Of a DNA stretch of 64,000 bases, positions 28,238 to 38,653 are shown one piece after another (within the stretch, counting starts at the first letter, position 1; each line of letters opens with the position of its first letter). The stretch comes from a bacterium. Its GTDB lineage: Bacteria; Zhuqueibacterota; QNDG01; JAFGCO01. The notes under the pieces were generated by a model. The model ran no database searches. It saw only the letters and a list, made by a program, of their open reading frames with translations, and was not told where the DNA came from. The stretch spans positions 2,975 to 66,974 of the forward strand of contig JAFGCO010000059.1 of NCBI GenBank assembly GCA_016932575.1. Direction: 5' to 3'. A program made the position numbers and the translations under genes.

Positions 28238-29320
28238 ATGCAGGTATTTCAAACACATGCCTTTTTTTGGGGATTCATCGGCTGTATCTTTCTGTGGGGA
28301 GGGCAGGGTGTTTCATCTGCCGATATATCCTCGAATACGAATATTTCAGATTCTTTGACGGTTCAGAATTCATTGAAGGTACTGGAATCTTACGAAGATA
28401 CACTGAAATCCGTTCAAATGCCCGCAGATACGACAGCATCCTTGTCTGCCGGGAATACAGAAATGATACGGTCCGGTTATTCATACAGCACTAACTGGTC
28501 CTGGCTTGCAATGGGAGAGATCAGCTTTGCAGATTCTGTTCTGCTTTACGATCCTGGTGCTCCTGGAATCGGAACCGGAGATGAACCGGATTCTGTATTT
28601 CAAAATAGCCGTTACTGTCTGGGTCCGCCGGATCACAAAGATAGTACAAATGGATTTCTTTCTCTGGGATCCGGGGGAACATTGATTCTTGAATTTACAG
28701 ACAATGTTTTTTTTGACAATTCCGGCCCGGATCTTTATTTTTGGATTCCCGATACGGTCCCGGAAGAAGCTCAGGTCTGGATCAGTCAGGACGGAATTGT
28801 GTACCAGAAAGCCGGAACCGTATCGTCTGAATCTCCATTCCTGGATATTTCAGGAATCGTCAAACCAGGAGAATTTTATACAATTTTAAAAATTCGGGAT
28901 AATTCTTTACAGGGAAGAAGAGCCTGGCCTTCCTCCGGGACCGATATTGACGCAGTAGCGGCCATTCATACAGCCATTGTCGAAGTACTTCCTGTGAAAG
29001 CACTTTTCGACCCGATGCAGACAATGTTAAAAACGGAGGCATCGGATTACCTGACTCCTGTCGCTGATTTGATCCGCGGGTATCCGGGCGGACAAGTACT
29101 CATTGAAGTTTATACAGACAATGTCGGTACACAGGATTATAATTTACTGCTGTCTCAGAGATGGGCCAAAGAGATCCGGGATTTTTATTTTCGGGATGCC
29201 AATATCAGAAATGTCCGGTACATACCCGTTGGCGTGGGAAATTCCAGACAATTTATCGATCCGCACCGCAGATATAATAATTCAGGCGGCATGGTGATGA
29301 TTATCATATTTAAAGGATAG
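28238..29320 (+). CDS. secreted protein with C-terminal OmpA-like domain
   Basis: Signal peptide present. The C-terminal IEVYTDNVGTQDYNLLLSQRWAKEI resembles the OmpA/MotB peptidoglycan-binding motif. The N-terminal part is unassigned. Confidence 0.55.
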   Translation: MQVFQTHAFFWGFIGCIFLWGGQGVSSADISSNTNISDSLTVQNSLKVLESYEDTLKSVQMPADTTASLSAGNTEMIRSGYSYSTNWSWLAMGEISFADSVLLYDPGAPGIGTGDEPDSVFQNSRYCLGPPDHKDSTNGFLSLGSGGTLILEFTDNVFFDNSGPDLYFWIPDTVPEEAQVWISQDGIVYQKAGTVSSESPFLDISGIVKPGEFYTILKIRDNSLQGRRAWPSSGTDIDAVAAIHTAIVEVLPVKALFDPMQTMLKTEASDYLTPVADLIRGYPGGQVLIEVYTDNVGTQDYNLLLSQRWAKEIRDFYFRDANIRNVRYIPVGVGNSRQFIDPHRRYNNSGGMVMIIIFKG

Positions 29321-29332
29321 ACAGGGGTTTTT

Positions 29333-30427
29333 TTGAAAAATCCGCTTCCAAATACCTTATATCATTCCAGACTGAAACCGCGGCGTCCGGATATTCGCGG
29401 GGATTATTTTCGTGATCAGACAGCGATCATTCACTCATCTCCGTTTCGCCGGTTAAAACATAAAACCCAGGTATTTTTTTCTCCGAAAAACGATCATATC
29501 TGCACACGTATTGAACATGTATTGCATGTCTCTACAATTGCAACGACCCTCTGTAAAGGGCTCGGACTGGATGTTGAGCTCGCTCAGGCGATTGCATTGG
29601 GACATGATCTGGGGCATGCTCCCTTCGGCCATATCGGAGAGCTGGTCTTGAATCAACTGTCTCGATCCATTGGCGGATTCATTCATGAAGTGCACGGGCT
29701 TCGGGTCGTGGACAAGATAACAAGGAACGGTCATGGCCTGAATCTGACATATGCAGTCCGTGACGGGATTGTGTCACATTGCGGCGAGCATTTTCAGAAA
29801 TCAATCGCGCCTCAGAAAAAAGAAAAAACGCTTGAATCCATCAGTGCCCGTCAGACTGCGCCGCTGACATACGAGGGTTGCGCGGTCCGTGTGGCGGATA
29901 AAGTCGCTTATTTAGGCCGGGATATTGAGGACGCCATAACCGCCGGAATGATCAGGTCCAGAGACGTGCCCGATGTAATACGTAAGAGTCTGGGAAACAC
30001 CAATGGTGAAATTATCGATACACTGGTTATGGATGTGATCCGTACATCCGCCGGCACCGATGCCGTTTCATTTTCAGATGAAAAGTATGATTTGATCTGC
30101 CAGTTGAAGAAGTTTAATTATAAAAGAATCTACAACCACGAGCAGATCAAAAAGAGCGATAAATCTGTCCGCTCACTAATTGAAGTTTTATATGGGCATC
30201 TCCTGATGGGTTATCAGAACTTAGAATATGATTATCATGCATATAAAAATTCCGATTATCAGGTCGACCGAGATTTTGGAAAATTTATCAGCAATCGTAC
30301 CGGCTTTTATCAAAAGGAGCGATATCCGGAACGATGTGTGGTGGATTTTGTGGCTGGTATGACGGATATCTATGCGCTTGAATCGGCCAATGAACTGCTC
30401 TTTCCGCGCCCGGTGGATCGGCGGTGA
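29333..30427 (+). CDS. dGTPase-like HD-domain triphosphohydrolase
   Basis: Contains DYFRDQTAIIHSSPFRRLKHKTQVF, TRIEHVLHVS and LGHDLGHAPFGH. TTG start in the ORF track. Confidence 0.85.
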   Translation: MKNPLPNTLYHSRLKPRRPDIRGDYFRDQTAIIHSSPFRRLKHKTQVFFSPKNDHICTRIEHVLHVSTIATTLCKGLGLDVELAQAIALGHDLGHAPFGHIGELVLNQLSRSIGGFIHEVHGLRVVDKITRNGHGLNLTYAVRDGIVSHCGEHFQKSIAPQKKEKTLESISARQTAPLTYEGCAVRVADKVAYLGRDIEDAITAGMIRSRDVPDVIRKSLGNTNGEIIDTLVMDVIRTSAGTDAVSFSDEKYDLICQLKKFNYKRIYNHEQIKKSDKSVRSLIEVLYGHLLMGYQNLEYDYHAYKNSDYQVDRDFGKFISNRTGFYQKERYPERCVVDFVAGMTDIYALESANELLFPRPVDRR

Positions 30428-30485
30428 GTTCGTATAAGCATACTTCAGGACTTATTTTTTCAATTGAGCCGGAAGAACGATTGAT

Positions 30486-32918
30486 TTATTTCTGGATCAC
30501 CGTAAATTTTTGCTGAATCAACTGTCCCTGTTCATCAATCAATGTGAGAATATGGTCTCCGGGTTTTGGTGCCAGTTCCATCTGATGTATTTCCCTCGTC
30601 TCTCCGAGATAATGTCCATCGATATGCCAGAAAATTTTCATCTGCGGATGGCGATGTGCTGCTTCGAACACTGTACGTCCGCGCTGTCCGCTGAGTTCAA
30701 CTGGCACATATATCACACCTCTGTTGTCCGGATATATCAGGGACAGGGAATGATACGCAAGTCGCTTCAATGCGGACGCTTCCAGCTGCTTATAAGGTGG
30801 AAGGGAGGAATAATCGGAATGATGCCGCTTGTAGTACCATTCCATTACGGGCGGCAGCACAAACTGCTTTTTCGACTTGATATTTGTAATTTTTTCGGTT
30901 CGCGTATCGACCTGCCAGCTTTCCGTGGGGTCGTAGTGAATCCATTGGCAATAGGGGCAAGGCGCCGTATGCATTCCGGCGGGCATGGCGAAAACAGATG
31001 TGGTATAAATACATTGCGGTCCTTTTCTGTGGCCGCTCTTTCCGCAGATTTCAATTTCCACCAGATCGGATTCCGGACATTGAAACCAGGACGTAGCGGG
31101 AAGAATGTTGAATAAATCGAACAGGATTGGTGCTGCAGCATGCAGTCCGGTGAGTTCGGGACGACCCTGACCGTCTGCGTTGCCCACCCAGACACCTACA
31201 GCATATTCCGGAGTGACACCCACGGCCCATGCATCTCTGAAACCATAACTGGTTCCGGTTTTCCAGGCGACACGCCGTGAGGAAACAAATTCTTTCCAGA
31301 CGGCTTCATTTCCCGGCCGAATCACTTCCAGCATGGCTTTCAGGGTCAGCCAGCATGCGCCAGCCGAAAGAGGGGGATCGCCGGCATATGCACGCTCATG
31401 GATGTTTTGACAGGTTGGCATAAAGAATGAACTTTGATGCGGTATTGATTGATTAAAGTCATATTGAAGCGTTCGTGCCAGGCAAGCATATATACCGGTA
31501 ATTTCCCACAAGGTCCCCTCTGCGCCTCCGAGAATCAGCGAAAGACCATAGCTCCTGGCCGGACGGGACAGTGTGGTAAATCCGCATTGTTTTAAAAAAT
31601 GATAGAACCGGTCGACGCCATAATCCTGCAGCATGCGGACTGCCGGCACATTCAGGGATCTTGCAAGTGCCATGGATGCCGGTACAGCCCCCTGATAGGA
31701 GTGGTCGAAATTTTGCGGTGCAAATCCTCCCAGGCGTGTTGGTATGTCCGGTATCAGTGTATGGGGCAGTAAATCACCGGATTGCATCATAGCCGCATAG
31801 AGTAACGGTTTAAGAATGCTGCCCGTGCTTCTCGGGGCCATGATGATATCCACCCAGTTTCCATGGATTCCGGTCGAATCAGAAATATTCCCTATATAGG
31901 CCAGTACATGGCCGGACTGAACGTCCAAAATCAAAGCACAGGCATTGTGTATTTCATTGGCAGCCAACCGGTGGCAGTGGCTTCGTACAATCCGGGCACT
32001 GCGCATCTGCAGTTGTTTTTGCAGTGTTGTTTTAATTCTTGATCCGGATGCCGTTTTCTTCTGTGAAATATGCTGAACAACCTGCTTTTCGCGTTGCAAA
32101 AGATGGGGAGCCAGACGGGGAAGCGGAAGAGGTTCCGGCGGCAGGGGTTCGTGTTGAGCAAGACGGCAGGTTAAAGAGTCTATCACATGGTTTGCGCACA
32201 ATTTGCTGAGCAGGTCGTTGCGTTTTCTTTTCAGAATCATTCGATTTTTACCGGGATGGATCAATGCCGGGCTGTTGGGAAGCACGGCGAGCATAGCGGT
32301 TTCGGCCCATGAAAGCTGCTCAGGACCGCATCCAAAATAACGCCAGGATGCGGCTTCAAGCCCAACAACATTGCCGCCGAAAGGGGCATGGGCCGCATAA
32401 AGGATAAGGATCTCCTCCTTGTTCAGGGTTAATTCCAGCCGGATTGATAAAATAATTTCAATACATTTTTCCCAAACGGTACGGGACTTTTCTTTTCTCG
32501 CAAGTCGGATGACCTGCATGGTGAGTGTACTCCCTCCGCTGATGATTTTACCTGCCCGGATATTTTGCCAGGCAGCACGCATGATCGCCTTCAGATCAAC
32601 ACCGGGATGCCGGAAGAACCGTTTGTCTTCATATTGGGTAATGGCCTGAATGAAGGATTCAGGAACCGAGTCCATTGCCGGAAATCGCCACTGCTCATCC
32701 TGAGATATCGTAGCTCCCAGTAAATGATTGTCCCGATCCAGTAAAATTACAGAATAGGGATCTTTAAATAGCGGAGAAGGCAGACTCAAATAGAAAGCGA
32801 CAGAAAAAACAAACATTCCGGCAAAAACAGACAGCCACCGTTTCAGAGGATATTTGATATTATTCAGAGAAGACAGAAAACAATGCTTTTGAATCGGATT
32901 CATATCAAATATCCTCAA
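30486..32918 (-). CDS. pbpC: penicillin-binding protein 1C
   Basis: Transglycosylase motifs (QYEDKRFFRHPGVD, GGSTLTMQ), transpeptidase SxxK (STGSILKP), and a long PBP1C-type C-terminal domain. Lies immediately downstream of the alpha-2-macroglobulin gene. Confidence 0.85.
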   Translation of the reverse strand: MRIFDMNPIQKHCFLSSLNNIKYPLKRWLSVFAGMFVFSVAFYLSLPSPLFKDPYSVILLDRDNHLLGATISQDEQWRFPAMDSVPESFIQAITQYEDKRFFRHPGVDLKAIMRAAWQNIRAGKIISGGSTLTMQVIRLARKEKSRTVWEKCIEIILSIRLELTLNKEEILILYAAHAPFGGNVVGLEAASWRYFGCGPEQLSWAETAMLAVLPNSPALIHPGKNRMILKRKRNDLLSKLCANHVIDSLTCRLAQHEPLPPEPLPLPRLAPHLLQREKQVVQHISQKKTASGSRIKTTLQKQLQMRSARIVRSHCHRLAANEIHNACALILDVQSGHVLAYIGNISDSTGIHGNWVDIIMAPRSTGSILKPLLYAAMMQSGDLLPHTLIPDIPTRLGGFAPQNFDHSYQGAVPASMALARSLNVPAVRMLQDYGVDRFYHFLKQCGFTTLSRPARSYGLSLILGGAEGTLWEITGIYACLARTLQYDFNQSIPHQSSFFMPTCQNIHERAYAGDPPLSAGACWLTLKAMLEVIRPGNEAVWKEFVSSRRVAWKTGTSYGFRDAWAVGVTPEYAVGVWVGNADGQGRPELTGLHAAAPILFDLFNILPATSWFQCPESDLVEIEICGKSGHRKGPQCIYTTSVFAMPAGMHTAPCPYCQWIHYDPTESWQVDTRTEKITNIKSKKQFVLPPVMEWYYKRHHSDYSSLPPYKQLEASALKRLAYHSLSLIYPDNRGVIYVPVELSGQRGRTVFEAAHRHPQMKIFWHIDGHYLGETREIHQMELAPKPGDHILTLIDEQGQLIQQKFTVIQK

Positions 32919-32924
32919 ACGGGA

Positions 32925-35900
32925 CTATTCCGCAGAAATAACTTCGATCCGGCGGCCCTGAATCCGCCCGTAGATGGTGGCGTCGTACATGGCTTCACAG
33001 GAAACGGGGGGCAGATAAAATTCTCCAAGATACGCTGCTGTCAGCAAAATTCTGAATGTTTTGCTTTTTTTATGACCGAGGTCAAAATATGTGTAAATAC
33101 GGTCATCACGGATGTCCTGATATTTAAATACGGACTGTTTCCTCCGGATGATGGGATCCATACGTTCATTATGAATTTCCCATCCGGAGGGGATGAGATG
33201 GGACAGGGCGATTTCATTATAATCACCCCGATGGCCTGTATTTGTAACGGTGACTTCGGCGATAAAATCTGTTCCCTGTTTGAGATGATCAATGGATAAT
33301 GGCTTGTCATCCAGAGCGGAATAGTCAACGCTTAATTTGAGCCCATGTTCAGCTTCGGTTTCCTGCCCCGGTTCCGGACGGCCGTCCATAATAATTCTTG
33401 GATAAAGGCTGCCTTTTCCCCGATTTCTGATGTTCAGATTTGCTTCGGTTTCCTGTTCCAATGGCAAGGGGATTTGCAGTATGGGTTTGGATGAAGTTGC
33501 CCGGGTTTCACGGCCGTTGTTCCATGACCAGATGATGTCTATGGAGCCGCCGGGAGGAGCCAGTTTTATCGTTTTTGCAAGGGCCAGCAGTGCATATGCC
33601 GTTGTTTGTGTGCTCATCCATTTTTGATCGCTCAGCGCCTCTGAGATCTCTCTGACCAGATCTGCGGTTTCATTCAGTTGCTGCATCAGAACCAGAGTTT
33701 CCAGAATCATGGCCTGATCGCGTGTCGTTGATCCATAGGTGTATGACAGTTCCTGATAGTCGTCCACAAGGACCGGTCCCCTGATTAACTGCTTTGCAGC
33801 CTCCTGTTGTCCGGCCAGCTCATAGGCAGCTGCCAGCCGGTAACGTGCGGCTGTGGAGAGGTGATCGCATTGCTTCAGGCGGTTCATGGCGCCCAATTCA
33901 GGATGATCCGATAATGCCAGTGTGAAGAGGCGATAGGCCTGGATCAGGTCGGCGTGTTTTCTTGTATCAGCCCAGTACCGTGACTGCTGCACCTGATATT
34001 TTCGCCACTGCTTCATGACATGTGAAGATACATAATAACCAAGATGATCCGCTTCAATCAGAAAATGTCCGGCATAGTTGGTTCCCCAGGGCTGAGAATC
34101 CGGATTGCCCGGCCAGTAACTGAATCCGCCGTCATATGTCTGAAATTTTATCAGCCGTTCGATTCCTGCTGTGATGTTGCCTTGAATCTCTTCCTCCTGT
34201 CTGCCGTCAAGATCCACGAGATGTGAAAGATAGAGCTGAGGAAAAACGGATGACGTGGTCTGCTCAATGCACCCATGGGGGTATCTGATTAAAAATTTCA
34301 GCCGTTTTTCCAGATGGACAGGTGGGATCCTGGACAATTCCAGAAGCGCATGATTGGTCCCGGGCAATCCCGGCAGAGACACTGTCCGGCTCCAGAGATC
34401 CTCTGCCAGCAGCAATGTGTCCAGCACCTGGGTTATCCGGCTGGAAGGAATACGAACGTCAATTTCAATGGACTGCGAGATCGACACCTTACCGCTGGCT
34501 GCAGTCATATTGACCCGGGCGATTCCCGGCAACCTGTCGGTTTTTAATTTGAAATTGATCAGGCGATCACCGACATTTGAGAATCGGATTGATTTACGCG
34601 TGTCTCCCACAGGGGAGACCGGCCCTGCAGTACTGATACTGATCTGGACATCTCTGATATTTTTTTCAAGAGCGAACACTGTAATAGGCAAGTTCACGGA
34701 TTCAGCCACGCTGAGTATCCGGGGTAACGTACCCAGAAGCATTAACGGTTTTTTCACCTGCACCGATTTTTCTGCGACACCAAAAGCCCGGCGTTCGCCT
34801 CCGACGAGCATGACGCGTACTGCACCTATATATTGCGGAATATCGATGCGGTGTTTCGCCTTTTTCTTTTTACCCAGTAAAAAGGGTCCGTAAAAACGTA
34901 CCATCGGTGGAAACCGGTTTGCCCGCTCCTCTCCTTTGATCTCGCCTTCTTCACCGCCTCCAATCGCCAGGAGCCGTTCCAGCTCTCCGGAAAAAGCGCC
35001 TGCAACCTGATCGTAGATATCCCAGGTTTGAATGCCCAGGGCTTCTTTCTGGTAAAAATAATCCCAGGGATCGGGTGTGGAAAACCGCGTCAGGCCGAGC
35101 AATCCTTCATCTACGACGGCCAGCGTGTATGTCATCGGCCTGCCGCTGGTTTCACTTACAGTCACTGTGGGACTGGACATGGGTTCAAAAACATCAGGGG
35201 TGTTCAGTTTTGGCTTGAGCCGTGATTTAGGATCTGTCACTTTGATTGGAATGACACCGTACATACGAATCGGGAGATCGTTGCCTGTTTTAAGATGCGG
35301 TTGCAGAAGCGTAACATGTGCATATATATTGGGTGTCATCGATGATGTGATTTTAATCCTGTATTGAATTCTCTCATTGACTGCTTCAAGCCATTCGGCA
35401 TGAAGCACACGGGTTCCCGATTCAAAAGTGAGCAGAATCCGGCCACTTTCACTGGCAGGGATACTCAGAACCGCTGTTTCGCCAGATTGATATTCTGTTT
35501 TATCTGTGGTCAGCGTCAGTACATTGGCGCCTCCTGCCCTGTCTTTCTGCGCCCGGCCCGCCCAACCCGGCCAATCAATATATTTAATGATACCGGTTGT
35601 ATGTCCCCCCTCAGAATCTCTCGCACGGATTAAATAGCGTCCCCAGCTTGGATAATCAATTTTTAAATTCCAGGTGCCATGGCCATTGATAATAGGAACC
35701 GTACCTTTTTGAATCGTATTGTAGGCATGCTTTCCCAGATAATCGGCAATTTGTTCCGAACCCTTTTCCCACCACCACCGCCACTTGATTTTATATACCT
35801 CAATCTCCACTTGCCCCGAGGATACCGGATTGCCCCCGGCATCCAGAAGTACAAGATGAACAGTATGGGTGGTGTCTGTAAGCAGCATACCCCGGGCTTT

Positions 35901-38474
35901 GTCACCTTGAGGCGCCTTGATTCCCACATACTGTTCATAGGGGTGAAAAGGCATGCTGATCCGGTCCACACTGAACGCACCGCCGGGTTCGAATACACGG
36001 GTTTTAAAATGGGCGGTCAGCATACCAGGCGCCACGGTCCTGGCATCTATTTTGGCATTCAATATGGCTTCGCCCTGCGTGTCAAGTTTTCCATCGAATA
36101 TAAAATTGGATTCGGGATGGTAGATTCTTGCCGGATCGTCAAATGTATAATCCGTATAAGTTTGGAATGCTGTTTTTTTCGAAGTAAATCCCAATTCCAC
36201 ATCTGCATTTAACTGGCTTGCCGGAGCCCCATGGAGCCATTCTGATGTCAGTCGTATGGATTGGGTGCCTTCTTTCAGAACTGACACATCTTTCCCGAAA
36301 TCCAGCTGCATCTTTAAGCGATTGGGCATGATGGTCTCAATTTTCAGGCTTTTTTCAAAGGTTGTTCCGCCGATGATGGCCCTGGCTTTCCAGCTGCCTG
36401 TCATCGCGTCCGGATCTGTGCGGGTATGAAAGCTGTAAAATCCATTTAAAGATTCAGAGACAGTCCTGGTTTCAACCACATGGCCCCGGGGATTCTGCAA
36501 TTCAAATTTTACAGGATGATCTTTTGGCAGTTTTCCGGATTCATCCATTAAGATAAACGTCAGATAAATATGATCTCCGGGTCGCCAAATCCCGCGTTCC
36601 CCGTAGAAAAATCCCTTGATTCCTCTGTTGATTATAGCGCCTCCGGCATCAAAATGGCTGACAGACAGGGCATTTCCGTTTTTTATTTTCAAATAGCTTG
36701 TCTGGTTTTTGTGCTGCGCTTTGATCAGAAAAGGAGTCCTGTCACTGGTGAAAAAGGCGAATCCTTCGCTGTCGGTTCGACCGCGCGCGATGATCTGCTG
36801 CTGAAAATCCAATAAAGTTAATTGCACATCCTTTATCGGCTCAGTGGTCCTCATATCGTTTGCCACTACAAGAATAGAATCATTGGCACCTTGTTTGGCC
36901 ATGAGTCCGATATCTGTAATAAGGATATTTCTTGCAACAGTGATGTTATGGTCGTAATACTTGCGGTAGAATGCCGGATGGCATGGATTCTTGCGGTTAC
37001 GATAATAATCATTGTAATTATAATTATCGTCCCAGTAATTCCAGTAGCTGCTTTCTCTTTCCTGTTCGTTGGTCCATTCATCAAGAAAACGTTTTACGGA
37101 TTCCAGTTGATTTGCGTCTGTATCTTTGCAGTCATAAATAATATGTGGGACAAGAAAGGTGAGCTCAAGCCTGTAAAAACCCGGTTGATGTATGTCAATC
37201 AGCGGGCTGAGATCCAATCCATAACGAACCCATTGATTCACTTTTTGAGGCGGCAGTTCCAAATCCAGAATATCTTTCCATATGACACGACCCACACGAT
37301 ATAGTTCCCGCTCCCCGTCAATGTCATTGACCTGAAGAAACTGAGTCATATTTTGATCAAAAATGCGAGTTGCCTTGACCATGACAGATTTAAGATTGAC
37401 TGTCTCAATGGGAATGGTGAGCCCCTGTGTCGTGGGAACAATGACGCCGTTACCTGCAAAACGTACCTCCGGCAGCAGGGTTTCGAACACAACCACGGCC
37501 AGATGCGGTTTATTTAAGGAAGCACCCAGTTGGTTACGGATTCCGGTTTCTATATGAATCCGTGTTTCCTGCAGCCAGCGTGAAGTGCTGTATACACGTA
37601 CCGTGTTGTTTTCAATGGTGAAATGCAGAGCGGATTGATCATCTGCCCAGACAAGTCCTTCAAGATTCTGATCTTTCTTTAATGGATCCGAAAAAGTAAT
37701 TTCCACATAACTTTCGAACGCCTGAACCGCTTTGACTTCGGTTACTTCAAATTTGGATAAGGGCGGGACTTCTATGGTTTTCCCGTCTTTTTCATTCACA
37801 CCAATGACCCGTCCGTTCCATTCAATGCGGACAGAGGATGGTTTATTTGTTCGCTGAATGTTTTTTATAACGAACGTATGGGTTTTCTTGTCCTCAGATT
37901 GAGTCCAGATTATTTCAAGTTTTTTACCGTTCTGCCTGGCTTCCATCAGATGATTTATTTTGTCCGGTGTCGTAATATCTGCGGTGCTGACAATGCCTTT
38001 CAGTTCCTGCATATGGTAACGTTCAGAAGAGGGGGTTTTCAATCCCAGCCAATTGATTTCAAACGCCTGTCTGATCGTTGAAAATGTAAACGCATATTGC
38101 TGATCAGAGGCTGTTGAATCCGCTTTTACTGATAAAGTGACCGTTGCTCTGTAGGTTTGACCCTCGGGAAGCGTTCTGTCCGGATAAAATTCCAATGTTT
38201 TAACATCTGTCCATACAGCCCGTCCCTGAATTGAAGGATTAAATTTCAGAGGTGATGGATGAAGAGGAACACCTGTCTCATCCGAGGGCACCATCTCCCC
38301 GGCGAATTGAATCCGTATGGTGCTGGTTGTCGAAATCTCACCCGAAGTATGTGCTGAAATCAGCAGTTTTTCCGCGGATTTCAGACCTTCACGGGAATCT
38401 TTACGGCCTGTACAGGTGATAACAGATAAGCATAATATCAAGGCAGGTAAGCACTGAAGCTTTGTCCATCGCAT
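32925..38474 (-). CDS. bacterial alpha-2-macroglobulin family lipoprotein (YfhM-like, 1849 aa)
   Basis: Lipoprotein signal (LSVITC), giant multi-MG-domain size, thioester motif YPHGCIEQ, and pairing with pbpC. Confidence 0.85.
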   Translation of the reverse strand: MRWTKLQCLPALILCLSVITCTGRKDSREGLKSAEKLLISAHTSGEISTTSTIRIQFAGEMVPSDETGVPLHPSPLKFNPSIQGRAVWTDVKTLEFYPDRTLPEGQTYRATVTLSVKADSTASDQQYAFTFSTIRQAFEINWLGLKTPSSERYHMQELKGIVSTADITTPDKINHLMEARQNGKKLEIIWTQSEDKKTHTFVIKNIQRTNKPSSVRIEWNGRVIGVNEKDGKTIEVPPLSKFEVTEVKAVQAFESYVEITFSDPLKKDQNLEGLVWADDQSALHFTIENNTVRVYSTSRWLQETRIHIETGIRNQLGASLNKPHLAVVVFETLLPEVRFAGNGVIVPTTQGLTIPIETVNLKSVMVKATRIFDQNMTQFLQVNDIDGERELYRVGRVIWKDILDLELPPQKVNQWVRYGLDLSPLIDIHQPGFYRLELTFLVPHIIYDCKDTDANQLESVKRFLDEWTNEQERESSYWNYWDDNYNYNDYYRNRKNPCHPAFYRKYYDHNITVARNILITDIGLMAKQGANDSILVVANDMRTTEPIKDVQLTLLDFQQQIIARGRTDSEGFAFFTSDRTPFLIKAQHKNQTSYLKIKNGNALSVSHFDAGGAIINRGIKGFFYGERGIWRPGDHIYLTFILMDESGKLPKDHPVKFELQNPRGHVVETRTVSESLNGFYSFHTRTDPDAMTGSWKARAIIGGTTFEKSLKIETIMPNRLKMQLDFGKDVSVLKEGTQSIRLTSEWLHGAPASQLNADVELGFTSKKTAFQTYTDYTFDDPARIYHPESNFIFDGKLDTQGEAILNAKIDARTVAPGMLTAHFKTRVFEPGGAFSVDRISMPFHPYEQYVGIKAPQGDKARGMLLTDTTHTVHLVLLDAGGNPVSSGQVEIEVYKIKWRWWWEKGSEQIADYLGKHAYNTIQKGTVPIINGHGTWNLKIDYPSWGRYLIRARDSEGGHTTGIIKYIDWPGWAGRAQKDRAGGANVLTLTTDKTEYQSGETAVLSIPASESGRILLTFESGTRVLHAEWLEAVNERIQYRIKITSSMTPNIYAHVTLLQPHLKTGNDLPIRMYGVIPIKVTDPKSRLKPKLNTPDVFEPMSSPTVTVSETSGRPMTYTLAVVDEGLLGLTRFSTPDPWDYFYQKEALGIQTWDIYDQVAGAFSGELERLLAIGGGEEGEIKGEERANRFPPMVRFYGPFLLGKKKKAKHRIDIPQYIGAVRVMLVGGERRAFGVAEKSVQVKKPLMLLGTLPRILSVAESVNLPITVFALEKNIRDVQISISTAGPVSPVGDTRKSIRFSNVGDRLINFKLKTDRLPGIARVNMTAASGKVSISQSIEIDVRIPSSRITQVLDTLLLAEDLWSRTVSLPGLPGTNHALLELSRIPPVHLEKRLKFLIRYPHGCIEQTTSSVFPQLYLSHLVDLDGRQEEEIQGNITAGIERLIKFQTYDGGFSYWPGNPDSQPWGTNYAGHFLIEADHLGYYVSSHVMKQWRKYQVQQSRYWADTRKHADLIQAYRLFTLALSDHPELGAMNRLKQCDHLSTAARYRLAAAYELAGQQEAAKQLIRGPVLVDDYQELSYTYGSTTRDQAMILETLVLMQQLNETADLVREISEALSDQKWMSTQTTAYALLALAKTIKLAPPGGSIDIIWSWNNGRETRATSSKPILQIPLPLEQETEANLNIRNRGKGSLYPRIIMDGRPEPGQETEAEHGLKLSVDYSALDDKPLSIDHLKQGTDFIAEVTVTNTGHRGDYNEIALSHLIPSGWEIHNERMDPIIRRKQSVFKYQDIRDDRIYTYFDLGHKKSKTFRILLTAAYLGEFYLPPVSCEAMYDATIYGRIQGRRIEVISAE
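34261..34275 (-). other. thioester motif GCIEQ of the alpha-2-macroglobulin
   Basis: Plus-strand ctgctcaatgcaccc reverse-translates to G-C-I-E-Q. Confidence 0.8.
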
Positions 38475-38580
38475 GGATCTCTCCTTTCTCTCCCGGAACC
38501 GATTTGTGATTTTTTATGTGGCGCGATAAATGTCAGTTCATTACGATGGAAGTATATATATCAGAAATGATAAAATCAAT

Positions 38581-38604
38581 AAAAAAAGGGCGCTAAAAGC
38601 GCCC
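38581..38604 (-). terminator. rho-independent terminator after the TPR lipoprotein gene
   Basis: gggcgct/agcgccc stem with a short A-rich loop, followed on the minus strand by 7 T. A second hairpin (gggtg-N7-caccc) lies at 38609-38625. Confidence 0.6.
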
Positions 38605-38653
38605 TTTCGGGTGTTTCTGACACCCTTATAATTTGCAGAGACTGATAAATGCT

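Noticed and set aside
29333-30427. The dGTPase-like HD protein as a possible nucleotide-depletion antiphage defence gene.
   Set aside because: The context is housekeeping and envelope genes, with no defence-island neighbours. Its size and motifs fit the common chromosomal Dgt-like family, so nothing in the sequence supports a defence role.
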